From NCBI GenBank assembly GCA_944350445.1, contig CALVOW010000005.1, positions 997 to 64,996 of the forward strand: 64,000 nt of DNA. The letters are read 5' to 3'. The position numbers were made by a program, and so were the translations under genes. This DNA comes from an uncultured Bacilli bacterium (GTDB taxonomy: Bacteria; Bacillota_I; Bacilli_A; RF39; UBA660). Positions 10,549-20,850 of the stretch are shown piece by piece (positions within the stretch are counted from its first letter, which is position 1; the number at the start of each line of letters is the position of its first letter). Under the pieces are notes generated by a model, which saw only the letters and a program-made list of their open reading frames with translations, was not told the DNA's origin and did no database searches.

Positions 10549-11481
10549 ATGAATTGTAAGTTATACATTTTAGAAGGAGAAAATGAATTTTTAATTCAAA
10601 AAGAAATTGATTTACTCATTAAAAAAGTTAATTTAAAAAAAGAAGATTTAGAATTTATTTCTTATAATCTTTTAGATACTAATTTAGATAATGTTGTAGA
10701 AGATTTAGACACTTATAATATGTTTTTAAAGAAAAAAGTTATAACAGTAACTAATCCTATCTTTTTAGAAGAAAAAATTCCTGATAACTTTCCAATTAAA
10801 AGCTTTTTAAAATATATGAAGAATCCTAGTGATAATATTTTAATTTTTATTACTAAAAAAGTTAATAATCGCTTAAAACTTACAAGTGAAATTTTAAATT
10901 ATTTTACACTTATTAAAATAAAAGAGATAAGTCCTTTTGCCTTTTTAAAGGAAAATATTCAAGGATACAAAATGGATTCTTCCCTTATTTCCTATTTTTT
11001 AAATAAAGTAGGAACAGATTTTCATAATATTTTTCAAGAAATCGAAAAATTAAAAATTTATAAAATTAAAACCAAAGAGATTTTGAAAGAAGATATTGAT
11101 TTAATTACCAATTCCAATATCGAAGCTAATATTTTTGATTTAATTGAAGCAATTATTAAAAAAGATAAGAAAAAAAGTTATCAGTTATACAATCATTTTA
11201 TTAGTAATGGGACCGAGATTTTTCAAATTTTAATTCTTTTAGCTAGTCAAATCAGATTAATTTATAATGTTAAAACTTTGGCTAATTTCGATGATTTTTC
11301 GATAAGTCAAATTTTAGAAGTAAAAGAATATCCTGTAAAATTAGCACGAAGTAGGGGATATAGTTATTCTAAACAAGAACTTTTGCATCTTTTACATGAG
11401 CTTTCTTTAATGGATGAAGATATTAAAAGTGGTAAGCAATTACCGGATATTTCTTTTTTAACTTTTATTATGCAAATGTAA
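10549..11481 (+). CDS. holA: DNA polymerase III delta subunit
   Basis: About 310 aa with typical HolA C-terminal helices (IFDLIEAIIKKDKKKSYQLY..LLASQIRLIYNVK). The start is moved from TTG 10531 to ATG 10549. Confidence 0.7.
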   Translation: MNCKLYILEGENEFLIQKEIDLLIKKVNLKKEDLEFISYNLLDTNLDNVVEDLDTYNMFLKKKVITVTNPIFLEEKIPDNFPIKSFLKYMKNPSDNILIFITKKVNNRLKLTSEILNYFTLIKIKEISPFAFLKENIQGYKMDSSLISYFLNKVGTDFHNIFQEIEKLKIYKIKTKEILKEDIDLITNSNIEANIFDLIEAIIKKDKKKSYQLYNHFISNGTEIFQILILLASQIRLIYNVKTLANFDDFSISQILEVKEYPVKLARSRGYSYSKQELLHLLHELSLMDEDIKSGKQLPDISFLTFIMQM

Positions 11482-11530
11482 TTGCAAATTTAAACTATTT
11501 GTGATACGATTTGTTTAATGTGAGGTGTAT

Positions 11531-12157
11531 ATGAAAGAAATCGTTTTAAATCATCCAATGGTTGAACATAAAATATCTATTTTAAGAAGTGAATCAACAA
11601 GTACCAAAGAATTTCGCGAATTAATTAGTGAATTAGCAACAATTTTGTGTCTTGAAGCTTTAAAAGATGCTCCTTTAAAAGAAATATCTATTAAAACGCC
11701 AATTACGGTTTGTAAAGGAAAGACAATTGATGAGAATAATTATGCTTTTGTACCTATTTTAAGAGCAGGAATGGGTATGGTTGATGGAGTTTTAACCTTA
11801 ATGCCAAATGCCAAAATTGGTCATATTGGTCTTTATCGAAACGAAGATACCTTAGAACCAGTTGAATACTATTGTAAATTACCAAAAAATATTGAAAATA
11901 AAACAGTTATCCTTTTAGATCCCATGTTAGCAACCGGAGGATCTGGATCAGCTGCCATTTCTATGTTAAAAAAACGTGGAGTTAAAAAAATCAAATTTTT
12001 ATCTATTATTGCCGCTCCTGAAGGTTTAGAAAGAATTCAAACTGATCATCCAGATGTTGAAATCTATACAGCTTATAAAGATTTAAAATTAAATGATGTA
12101 GGTTACATTGTTCCAGGCCTTGGTGATGCCGGAGATAGAATATTTGGAACCAAATAA
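11531..12157 (+). CDS. upp: Uracil phosphoribosyltransferase
   Basis: PRPP-binding loop [13 protein letters not shown] and C-terminal [17 protein letters not shown]. Start taken as ATG 11531. Confidence 0.95.
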   Translation: MKEIVLNHPMVEHKISILRSESTSTKEFRELISELATILCLEALKDAPLKEISIKTPITVCKGKTIDENNYAFVPILRAGMGMVDGVLTLMPNAKIGHIGLYRNEDTLEPVEYYCKLPKNIENKTVILLDPMLATGGSGSAAISMLKKRGVKKIKFLSIIAAPEGLERIQTDHPDVEIYTAYKDLKLNDVGYIVPGLGDAGDRIFGTK

Positions 12158-12171
12158 GGAGCATAAAAAAA

Positions 12172-12579
12172 ATGAAAAAATTTTTTCAAGAATTTAAAAA
12201 ATTTATAGCCAAAGGTAATGTCCTTGATTTAGCTATTGCTGTTGTCATTGGTAATGCTTTCAATAAAATTATTTCTAGTTTAGTAAGCGATATAATAATG
12301 CCTTTGGTGGGAATTATTATTGGAGGAATTAATCTAACTGGAATAAAAGTTACACTTGGCTCATCAACTTTATATTTAGGCCAATTTGCCCAAAATGTAA
12401 TCGATTTTTTAATTATTGCTTTTTCAATTTTCCTAGTTATAAAAGTCTTTAATAAATTAAGTCATAAAAAAGAAGAAGAAAAGAAAACTGAAGTTAAAAA
12501 AAGTGATGAAATTCTTTTATTAGAAGAAATTCGTGATTTATTAAAAGAAAATCAAAAAAGTAAGAAAAATGAAAAATAA
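12172..12579 (+). CDS. mscL: Large-conductance mechanosensitive channel
   Basis: 135 aa. N-terminus [23 protein letters not shown] and two TM helices, typical of MscL. Confidence 0.9.
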   Translation: MKKFFQEFKKFIAKGNVLDLAIAVVIGNAFNKIISSLVSDIIMPLVGIIIGGINLTGIKVTLGSSTLYLGQFAQNVIDFLIIAFSIFLVIKVFNKLSHKKEEEKKTEVKKSDEILLLEEIRDLLKENQKSKKNEK

Positions 12580-12689
12580 ATATTTTTCAAGAATTCCTAA
12601 CGGAATTTTTTTTTAATTCGAAAGTATTTTTATAAAAATCATCAGCAAACACTAAATTTAAAGTCTCAATAAAATCAAAAAATAATTTA

Positions 12690-13037
12690 TTAATCGCTTG
12701 TTCTTTTGACATACTTCTTACTTCTTTCCATTTTTTCTTGTAAAAGGAATTCAAATGCATATAATTCATTACTAATATAATCTGTCGAATCAGAAAATAA
12801 ATTATCACAATTTAATTCAAAAATAATATTAGAAATCTCTTTTAATTTTTCTAAATCAATCAAAAAAATGTTTTTCTTATTTTTTAAAATATCTTTAAAC
12901 TGAGTTATAATATTTTTAACTCTTTCTAAATCTTCTAAATTATATTTTAGTTCTGAAATAACGTTTTTAGATAATAAATCAATTTTAACTAATATATTAT
13001 CTAAATGTTTTAACATTTCATTAGTGTTTTCTTCCAT
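12690..13037 (-). CDS. Hypothetical coiled-coil protein (possibly frameshifted or overlapping a second small ORF, 12587-12808)
   Basis: 115-aa ORF. A second frame carrying plausible protein sequence (MSKEQAINKLFFDFIETLNLVFADDFYKNTFELKK) overlaps its 3' end. Confidence 0.35.
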   Translation of the reverse strand: MEENTNEMLKHLDNILVKIDLLSKNVISELKYNLEDLERVKNIITQFKDILKNKKNIFLIDLEKLKEISNIIFELNCDNLFSDSTDYISNELYAFEFLLQEKMERSKKYVKRTSD

Positions 13038-13364
13038 ATAAATAATTCCTTTCTTGATAGGTATTATACTATACGGTAGACTTTATCCGCAACCTAATCA
13101 ATTAAAATCTTAAAAAAATCAACAGCCTTTAAAAATAAATTAAAATGTAATATAATAATACTTAACAAACCAAAGATTGCTCTTTCATGTAATTAAGTGA
13201 TTTTAATATGAAGATAATAGTGCAAATAAAAAAATAGTATATTTTTGAGACTTTGATAGAATGATTGTAAGTAGTTATTTGCTTAACTTATTTAAAAAAA
13301 TTAAATTAAAAGATTTTGACAAATTAGTTTATAAAAAAAGAAAAAACTGCCATAATCAGTTTTT

Positions 13365-13451
13365 TTACATATAAATTAATCCACAAATAAAAGCTGCTAC
13401 CATAATTACTAATAAAAAAATGGTAATTATTTTTACTGTTTTCTTTTTCAT
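13365..13451 (-). CDS. Small hydrophobic peptide (28 aa), function unknown
   Basis: ATG at 13451 is preceded by the strong RBS gaggtg. Peptide MKKKTVKIITIFLLVIMVAAFICGLIYM. Hairpin aaaactg..cagtttt with a T-run lies immediately downstream (13344-13366). Confidence 0.3.
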   Translation of the reverse strand: MKKKTVKIITIFLLVIMVAAFICGLIYM

Positions 13452-13598
13452 AAACACCTCAATATTATTATACAAATAAAATATAATTATTTCAATGCTT
13501 AACTAAAAGTCCAAAGAAAAAATTACAATTTTGTAATTATTATTTTTCTAATTTACTTCTTAAATTAGACGTGATATACTTAACGTGAGTGTGATAAT

Positions 13599-14996
13599 AT
13601 GAATCAAAAGAAAGAATTAATCAAAAATACAATTATTATATCAATTGGCAAGTTTTCAACACAATTAGTTAGTTTTTTACTTTTACCACTTTATACTAGT
13701 TTATTAACTACTAGTGAATATGGTCAATATGACTTTTTAAATACTATTTCTATTTTTTTAATTCCATGTGTTACTTTATTGATGGAAGAGGGGATGTTTC
13801 GTTTTTTAATTGATGCTAAAAACGATAAAGATAAAAGGGAAATATTTTCAGCTACGACGATTTTTTCCCTTCTTAGTTTTCTTGTTTGGAGTATTTTAAT
13901 TTTTATAGTTGGTTATTTTTTAGATTATCCATATACTATTTATTTAATCTTTTACATCTTAGCTAGTATCTTATCAGCTTTGGCTGGTTCGTCAGCTAGA
14001 GGAATGAGTAAGTTTAAACTTTACTCTTTATTTTCTTTTTTATCAAGTTTAGCTACGATTGTTTTAAATATTTTATTCATTGTTGTTCTTAAAATGGGAC
14101 TTCCTAGTTTATTTTTATCATATATAATCGGAAACAGTTTAGTATCGATTTGGTTATTATTAAAAATTAAGATTTTAAAATATGTCAAACTTAAATATAT
14201 AAATAAAAAACGAGTTACGGAAATGATAAAATATTCATTTCCGTTAGTTCCTAATAGTATTTCTTGGAATGCTATTGCTCTTACTGATCGTTTATTAATT
14301 GTTAATTTTTTAGGGGACTCGCAAAATGGAATTTATTCGGTCGGAAATCGTTTTCCAACTATTATTAATACTTGTTATAGTTATTTTAATTTATCTTGGA
14401 AAGAATCAGCTAGTAAAGTTTTAAAACAAGATGATAAAGATGACTTTTATAATAGTGTTTATATTAATTTAAATCATTTCTTAATTTGCGTTTCTATTTT
14501 AATAATTGCTTTTTTACCATTTGTATTTAATATTTTAGTTAAAAATGATTATCGAGAAGCCTATTTATACATTCCGATTATGATAATATCTGTTTATTTT
14601 TCTAATTTATCTAACTTTTGTAGTGGTATATTTTCAGCTTATAAAGATACCAAAATTTTAGCTAAAACAACGATTATAGCCACGATTATTAATTTTTTAA
14701 TTGGGATATTATTGATTCAAAAAATCGGTTTATACGCATCAGCCCTTTCAACTTTAATTGCTTATTTTACAATTTATCTTTATCGCAATTATAAATTAAA
14801 AAAATATATTGTTTTAAAAAAAGATCGTTATACACTTTTTAGTCTCTTAGTTTTAGGAATTGTTATTGGTCTTTATTATACAAAAAATATTTATCTTTGT
14901 TTATTAGGACTTGTTATTGCCATTTTTTATTCTTATTATTTAAATAAATCTTTTATAAAATTGCTTATAAAAAAATTAAAAAGAAAGAAGGAGTAG
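13599..14996 (+). CDS. Polysaccharide/oligosaccharide flippase (Wzx-like, MOP superfamily)
   Basis: 465 aa, about 12-14 TM helices, with a typical N-terminus (KNTIIISIGKFSTQLVSFLLLPLYTSLLTTSEYG). Confidence 0.7.
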   Translation: MNQKKELIKNTIIISIGKFSTQLVSFLLLPLYTSLLTTSEYGQYDFLNTISIFLIPCVTLLMEEGMFRFLIDAKNDKDKREIFSATTIFSLLSFLVWSILIFIVGYFLDYPYTIYLIFYILASILSALAGSSARGMSKFKLYSLFSFLSSLATIVLNILFIVVLKMGLPSLFLSYIIGNSLVSIWLLLKIKILKYVKLKYINKKRVTEMIKYSFPLVPNSISWNAIALTDRLLIVNFLGDSQNGIYSVGNRFPTIINTCYSYFNLSWKESASKVLKQDDKDDFYNSVYINLNHFLICVSILIIAFLPFVFNILVKNDYREAYLYIPIMIISVYFSNLSNFCSGIFSAYKDTKILAKTTIIATIINFLIGILLIQKIGLYASALSTLIAYFTIYLYRNYKLKKYIVLKKDRYTLFSLLVLGIVIGLYYTKNIYLCLLGLVIAIFYSYYLNKSFIKLLIKKLKRKKE

Positions 14997-14997
14997 T

Positions 14998-16203
14998 GTG
15001 TTAGTTTTAAAAATAATTTTCCTGATTTTAAACTTACTTTTATTTATAAATGGATTTCATTTTGTTTTCTTTGCTTTGTTACCATTTTTTAAAAAAGAAA
15101 AAAAGATGAAAGATTTTAAACCCAAAACAAGATTTTTAATTTTAATTGCCGCTCGAAATGAAGAGTTAGTAATACCTGATTTAATTGATAGTATTAAAAG
15201 TCAAAATTATCCAAAAGAATTAGTAAAAACTTATGTGCTTCCTAATAATTGTTTTGATAAAACCAAAGAAGTTAGTATTAAACATGGGGCTATGATATTA
15301 GAACCTGAAATAAAAGTAAATACTAAAGGGGAAGTTTTAAATTATGCTTTTAAATACTTTCAAGACAAAGATTTTTTTGATGCCTATTTAATTTTAGATG
15401 CTGATAATATTTTACATCCTAACTTTCTAAAAGAGGTGAATAATAGTTTTTTAAATGGTGAAAAGGTTGTTCAAGGATTTCGAGATTCTAAAAACTTATA
15501 TGACAATGCTATTAGTTGTAGCCATAGTTTATTCTTTTATTTACAAAATTTATTTTTAAATGAAACAAGACAAAGAATCTCACAAAGTGCCAATATCAAT
15601 GGAACTGGTTATGCCTTCTTAAAAGAAATACCTCAAAAAATTAATTATAAAGCGAAAACTTTAACAGAGGATATTGAATTTACAACGACTTGTGCGATTG
15701 CTGGTATTAAAATAGGTTATAATAAAAAAGCTTGCTTTTATGATGAACAAGCCACCTCTTTAAAAGTATCAATCAAACAAAGAAAACGTTGGGTTAAAGG
15801 GACCATTCAAGTTTTTAAAAATTATTATATTCCTTTATTAAAAAGCATGCAAAAGAAATTAACTTTAAATAAATTAGATATTTTCTTTATCTTAATAGCT
15901 CCTTTTATGCAAATTTTAACTCTTATTTCGACGATTCTTGCTAATATTATTTATTTTAATATATATATACTTATTTCATCTTTTTTAGCTCTTTATCTAG
16001 CAACTTCTTTGGTTAGTTTATTTTTAATTAAATATTATCAAAAAAATATTTCCAAAGCTCTACCAGGTATTTTCTATTTTGCTATTTTTAATATTTTTTG
16101 GATTCCAATTTCTATTTTCGCTTTTTTAAGTAATAAAAATAATTGGGATGAAATTAAACATACAAAAAGCATCAAAATGCAAGAATTACTAGAAAAAAAT
16201 TAG
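14998..16203 (+). CDS. Membrane-bound family 2 glycosyltransferase (processive type)
   Basis: 401 aa with DAD (LILDADN) and the QxxRW-type motif QRKRW. TM helices flank the catalytic domain. Confidence 0.75.
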   Translation: MLVLKIIFLILNLLLFINGFHFVFFALLPFFKKEKKMKDFKPKTRFLILIAARNEELVIPDLIDSIKSQNYPKELVKTYVLPNNCFDKTKEVSIKHGAMILEPEIKVNTKGEVLNYAFKYFQDKDFFDAYLILDADNILHPNFLKEVNNSFLNGEKVVQGFRDSKNLYDNAISCSHSLFFYLQNLFLNETRQRISQSANINGTGYAFLKEIPQKINYKAKTLTEDIEFTTTCAIAGIKIGYNKKACFYDEQATSLKVSIKQRKRWVKGTIQVFKNYYIPLLKSMQKKLTLNKLDIFFILIAPFMQILTLISTILANIIYFNIYILISSFLALYLATSLVSLFLIKYYQKNISKALPGIFYFAIFNIFWIPISIFAFLSNKNNWDEIKHTKSIKMQELLEKN

Positions 16204-16211
16204 GAGGATAT

Positions 16212-18578
16212 ATGAAAGATACATTTAATACGGATATTCAGCATGGTTTAACAAGTCAAGAAGTTACAGAAAGAATTCAAAAAAACTTAGTTAATTATAA
16301 TAATCAACCAAGAACCAAAAGTATTAAAGAAATTATTTATAGTAATCTCTTTACTTACTTTAATTTTTTAAATATCTTTCTTGGAGCAGCTGTAATTCTT
16401 GCTGGGTTATTTTCTGGAAGACTTTTATATTCACTTAAAAACTGTTTATTTATGGGAGTAATTTTTTGTAATACAGTTATTAGTACTGTTCAAGAAATTG
16501 TTTCTAAAAAAATAATTGATAAATTATCGGTTATTTCAAGTAGTAAAGCTACGGTTTTACGTGATGGCAAAGAAGAAGTAATTGAAATGGATAATATTGT
16601 TTTAAATGATATTGTTTTACTTAAAAATGGTAATCAAATTATTGTTGATTCTATTATTCGCGATGGGGCAGTGGAAGTAAATGAATCATTTATTACGGGT
16701 GAGTCTAATACTATATTAAAAAAGAAAGGGGATACTTTATTATCTGGAAGTTTTGTTGTCTCAGGAAGTTGTGTAGCTGAGGTTATTCATGTTGGAAAAG
16801 ATAATTATATTAATACCATATCTAGTGAAGCTAAATATATAAAAGAAAATAACTCCGTTATTTTAAATTCTTTTGAAAAAATCGTTCGGATTTTATCAGT
16901 TATCATTATTCCTCTTGGAGCTGCTTTATTTTGTAATCAATATTTAATAATTGGTAGTAGTATCAGTGATGCTATTATTAATACGGTTGCCGCCCTTATT
17001 GGAATGATACCCGAAGGTTTAGTTTTACTTACTAGTTCTGTAATGGCGGTTAGTATTATAAGACTTGGGAAATATAAAGTTTTAGTTCAACAATTATATT
17101 GTATTGAAACCTTATCAAGAGTAAATGTAATTTGTTTAGATAAAACGGGAACGATTACAACTGGAAATATGAAAGTTTATGATATTATTCCAAATAAAAA
17201 TTATACCAAAGGAGAATTTGCAAAAATTCTTGAAAAAATAACGATGGCTTTATATGATGATAGCCCAACGTTTAAAGCCTTAAAAGATAGGTTTAATAAA
17301 GATATAAAAGTTGATGTTTTAGAGAAAATTACTTTTTCATCTGAAAGAAAATTTTCAGCAGTAAGATTAACTGAAGGATCATTTTATATTGGAGCATATG
17401 AATATGTTTTAAAGAGTGAAAAGAATTTAGATTATTCTCTAATTAATGATTATCAACAAGATTATCGTATTTTAGTTGTTTGTAAAAATCAAGAACAATT
17501 AAGTGAAACCCCAACTAATTTAGAAGTTATTGGTTTTGTTTTAATTGAAGATGAAATTAGGAAAGAAGCTAAAGATACTTTGGAATATTTTAAAAGCCAA
17601 GGAGTTAAAATTAAGATTATTTCCGGTGATAATCCACTTACAGTTTTAAATATAGCTAAAAAAGCGGGAATTAAAGATGATTTAAAAGCGATTGATGCAA
17701 GTATCATCAACGAAGATAATGTTGAAGAATTAGTTGTTGAAAATGATATTTTTGGTCGGGTTACTCCAAGAGGTAAAAAATTAATTATTTTAGCTCTTAA
17801 AAAATTAGGTTATATAACAGCTATGACCGGGGATGGTGTCAATGATGTTTTAGCCTTAAAAGAAGCTGATTGTTCGGTTGCTATGGCCAGTGGGTCTGAT
17901 GCAGCTAGAGCTGTTAGTCAAATCGTTCTTTTAGATAATAACTTTGCCTCAATGCCAAAAATTGTGGCGGAAGGACGTCGAACTATTAATAATATTGAAC
18001 GAAGTGCTTCTTTATTATTAGTTAAAACCATTTATACCATTTTAATTATTTTAACTTGTCTATTTACGCAAAATGAATACTTTTTTATCCCAATTCAATT
18101 AACTTTAATTACAACCTGTACAATCGGTATTCCATCATTTGTTTTAGCCTTAGAACCTAATACTAATATTGTTTCTGGTAACTTTATTTTAAAAATATTT
18201 AAAAATAGTATTCCTGCTGGAGTTACTGTATTCTTAAATATTGTTATCATTATTCTTTTCGAAAATGCTTTTGCACTTTCCGATGAGGTTGTCAATGCCT
18301 TAGCAGTTTTATTAACTGGTACAACAGGATTTATTCATTTATATAAAATATCTAAACCATTTAATTTATTGAGAGGTTTCTTATTTGCATTTTTATTACT
18401 AGCATTTTTATACGGGGTTATTTTCCAATATTCTTTCTTTGATTTAAGTAGTATGAATTTACAAATTGCCCTTATTCTCTTCTTATTAATTATCTTTTCA
18501 GCTAATTCTTATGATTTTTTACATAATATTTTATTTCGTCTTACTGATTCTAGAAAAAAAGAAGAAGTTATTAAATAA
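16212..18578 (+). CDS. Cation-transporting P-type ATPase (substrate not assignable)
   Basis: 788 aa with TGES (ITGESN), DKTGTIT, and MTGDGVNDVLALKEA. Confidence 0.8.
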   Translation: MKDTFNTDIQHGLTSQEVTERIQKNLVNYNNQPRTKSIKEIIYSNLFTYFNFLNIFLGAAVILAGLFSGRLLYSLKNCLFMGVIFCNTVISTVQEIVSKKIIDKLSVISSSKATVLRDGKEEVIEMDNIVLNDIVLLKNGNQIIVDSIIRDGAVEVNESFITGESNTILKKKGDTLLSGSFVVSGSCVAEVIHVGKDNYINTISSEAKYIKENNSVILNSFEKIVRILSVIIIPLGAALFCNQYLIIGSSISDAIINTVAALIGMIPEGLVLLTSSVMAVSIIRLGKYKVLVQQLYCIETLSRVNVICLDKTGTITTGNMKVYDIIPNKNYTKGEFAKILEKITMALYDDSPTFKALKDRFNKDIKVDVLEKITFSSERKFSAVRLTEGSFYIGAYEYVLKSEKNLDYSLINDYQQDYRILVVCKNQEQLSETPTNLEVIGFVLIEDEIRKEAKDTLEYFKSQGVKIKIISGDNPLTVLNIAKKAGIKDDLKAIDASIINEDNVEELVVENDIFGRVTPRGKKLIILALKKLGYITAMTGDGVNDVLALKEADCSVAMASGSDAARAVSQIVLLDNNFASMPKIVAEGRRTINNIERSASLLLVKTIYTILIILTCLFTQNEYFFIPIQLTLITTCTIGIPSFVLALEPNTNIVSGNFILKIFKNSIPAGVTVFLNIVIIILFENAFALSDEVVNALAVLLTGTTGFIHLYKISKPFNLLRGFLFAFLLLAFLYGVIFQYSFFDLSSMNLQIALILFLLIIFSANSYDFLHNILFRLTDSRKKEEVIK

Positions 18579-18589
18579 AAAGACATATT

Positions 18590-19822
18590 TCACTCTATGT
18601 CTTTTTCTATTTTTTGCAAATTTTCGAGTTTTTCTTGAACTTGCTTTAAAGTTCTTTCATAATTACTTGTTTCCTTAGGAATATAATATTTTTTATTTTT
18701 AATATTGTCAGGCAAATACTGTTGATTTACCCAAGCATTTTTATAATCATGCGGATATTTATAATCTTTAGAATTAGTTTTAATATGATTAGGAGGATTA
18801 CCACATCTTCCAGTATCAATGTCTTCCAAGGCTTTGTTAATAGCTAGATAGGCACTATTTGATTTAGGTGATAAAGCTAGTTCAATTACAACATTGGCAA
18901 GAGGAATAATAGCTTCTGGTAAACCAACTCTTTCACTTGCACTAATAGCAGCCATGACTTTTGGTCCCATTGAAGGATTAGCAAGACCAATATCTTCATA
19001 ACAAATAACTGTTAAACGTCTAAAAATACTATCCAAATCCTCAGCTTTTAACATTCTCCCTAAATAATGTAAACTAGCATTGACATCACTTCCCCGAATT
19101 GACTTTTGAAAAGCACTTAAAACATCATAATAACCATCTTCATTTTTATCATGAAAGAAATTATGTTTATTATTAAGACTTTTTAAAAAATCTAAATTAA
19201 TATTTCCATCTTTTGAAGAATAATAAGCAAGTTCTAAAAGATTATAAGCATATCGTAAATCAGAACCAGAAACATTAGCAATATAATGAAGACTATTATT
19301 ATCAATTTGTAAATTTGGCAGAATGTTTTTCTTAACAGCTTTTTCAAGTCCTTCAAAAATATCATCTTCTGACATCGGTTTTAATTCAAACAAATGACAT
19401 CTACTTCTAATAGCCGGATTAATACTATGAAAAGGATTACTAGTAGTCATACCAATAAGCGTAATTAAACCACTTTCTATTTGTGGTAATAATAAATCTT
19501 GTTTATCCTTATTTAAACGATGAATTTCATCTAAAATTAAAACTAAGCCATCATAAAGTTTAGCTTCCTCAAAAACAACTTGAAAATCATGTTTATCATT
19601 AATAGTCGCATTTAACATACGGTATCTAACATTAAGATCATTAACTAGACTAATAGCAATACTCGTTTTACCAATACCAGGTTTTCCATATAAAATCATT
19701 GAAAAAATTTTTTGATTTTTGACTAAATTTGATAAAACTTTATCTTCACCAATTAAATGTTTTTGTCCTAAACAATCTTTTAAAGTTGTTGGTCTTAATA
19801 AAATAGCTAATGGTTTTTCCAT
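18590..19822 (-). CDS. rarA: Replication-associated recombination protein A (AAA ATPase)
   Basis: Walker A GKPGIGKTS, Walker B LVLILDEIHR, and a C-terminal MgsA domain (YDVLSAFQKSIRGSD). Confidence 0.9.
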   Translation of the reverse strand: MEKPLAILLRPTTLKDCLGQKHLIGEDKVLSNLVKNQKIFSMILYGKPGIGKTSIAISLVNDLNVRYRMLNATINDKHDFQVVFEEAKLYDGLVLILDEIHRLNKDKQDLLLPQIESGLITLIGMTTSNPFHSINPAIRSRCHLFELKPMSEDDIFEGLEKAVKKNILPNLQIDNNSLHYIANVSGSDLRYAYNLLELAYYSSKDGNINLDFLKSLNNKHNFFHDKNEDGYYDVLSAFQKSIRGSDVNASLHYLGRMLKAEDLDSIFRRLTVICYEDIGLANPSMGPKVMAAISASERVGLPEAIIPLANVVIELALSPKSNSAYLAINKALEDIDTGRCGNPPNHIKTNSKDYKYPHDYKNAWVNQQYLPDNIKNKKYYIPKETSNYERTLKQVQEKLENLQKIEKDIE

Positions 19823-19915
19823 ATTTCACCTCATTTATTACTATTCTATCACGTAATAAAGATAAGATAAAGATTTTAATTGTTAGGAAAACTAATTTGT
19901 GATATAATAATTTTG

Positions 19916-20848
19916 ATGTTTATGAAAAATAATAAAAACATAGTAAATGGTAATATAGAAGATTATAAAATAGATTATTTAACCTATATTCAACTAGAAA
20001 AAAAATTATCAAAGAATACCTATTTAAATTACAAATTAGATTTAGATAAATATTCTATTTATTTAAGAAAAAATAACATTTATAATGTCGAAGATATTAA
20101 TTTAGATATAGTTAGAGATTATTTAAAATATTTAAATAAAGCCAATCTTAAAGCTAAAAGTATTACAAGACATATAACTTCTATTAAAGAATTTCATAAA
20201 TATTTAACCAAAATGCATTTAGTTTCGAAAAATATTACTTTAAATCTAGAAAATTTAAAATTAGAAAAGCATTTACCAACTGTTTTAAAACAAGATGAGA
20301 TCGAAAAAATATTAAATATTTCGTTAGATAATGCTTTTAAATATCGTGATAAAGCTATGCTAGAATTAATGTATGGATCAGGTTTAAGAGTATCAGAACT
20401 GGTTAATTTAACCGTTTATAGTATTGATTTAGAAAACGATATTATTTTAATTGAAGGAAAGGGTAATAAAGAGAGAATTGTTCCTATTAATGAACATACC
20501 AAAAAGGCTGTTTTAAATTATTTAAGTGTTCGAAATAGTCTTTGTAAAAAGAAAAATGGTAATTCTGATAAATTATTTTTAAATAATCATGGTAAAGGAA
20601 TTACAAGACAAGGATTTAATTTAATCTTAAAAAAAATTCTTGAAAAAAATGATATAAAAACTCATGCAACTCCCCATACATTAAGACATACTTTTGCAAC
20701 CGATTTATTAAATGGAGGAGCAGATCTGCGAAGTATTCAAGAATTATTAGGTCATTCTGATTTAGTAACAACAAGGATTTATACCCATGTTGTAAATAAT
20801 AAATTAAAAGAAGATTACATAAAATATAATGCAAGAAAAGAGGAGTAA
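19916..20848 (+). CDS. xerD: Tyrosine site-specific recombinase XerD/XerC family
   Basis: Catalytic C-terminus HTLRHTFATDLL..LGHSDLVTTRIYTHV. It lies upstream of deoB, as in Bacillus. The start is uncertain (TTG 19880, ATG 19916 or ATG 19922). Confidence 0.85.
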   Translation: MFMKNNKNIVNGNIEDYKIDYLTYIQLEKKLSKNTYLNYKLDLDKYSIYLRKNNIYNVEDINLDIVRDYLKYLNKANLKAKSITRHITSIKEFHKYLTKMHLVSKNITLNLENLKLEKHLPTVLKQDEIEKILNISLDNAFKYRDKAMLELMYGSGLRVSELVNLTVYSIDLENDIILIEGKGNKERIVPINEHTKKAVLNYLSVRNSLCKKKNGNSDKLFLNNHGKGITRQGFNLILKKILEKNDIKTHATPHTLRHTFATDLLNGGADLRSIQELLGHSDLVTTRIYTHVVNNKLKEDYIKYNARKEE

Positions 20849-20850
20849 AG

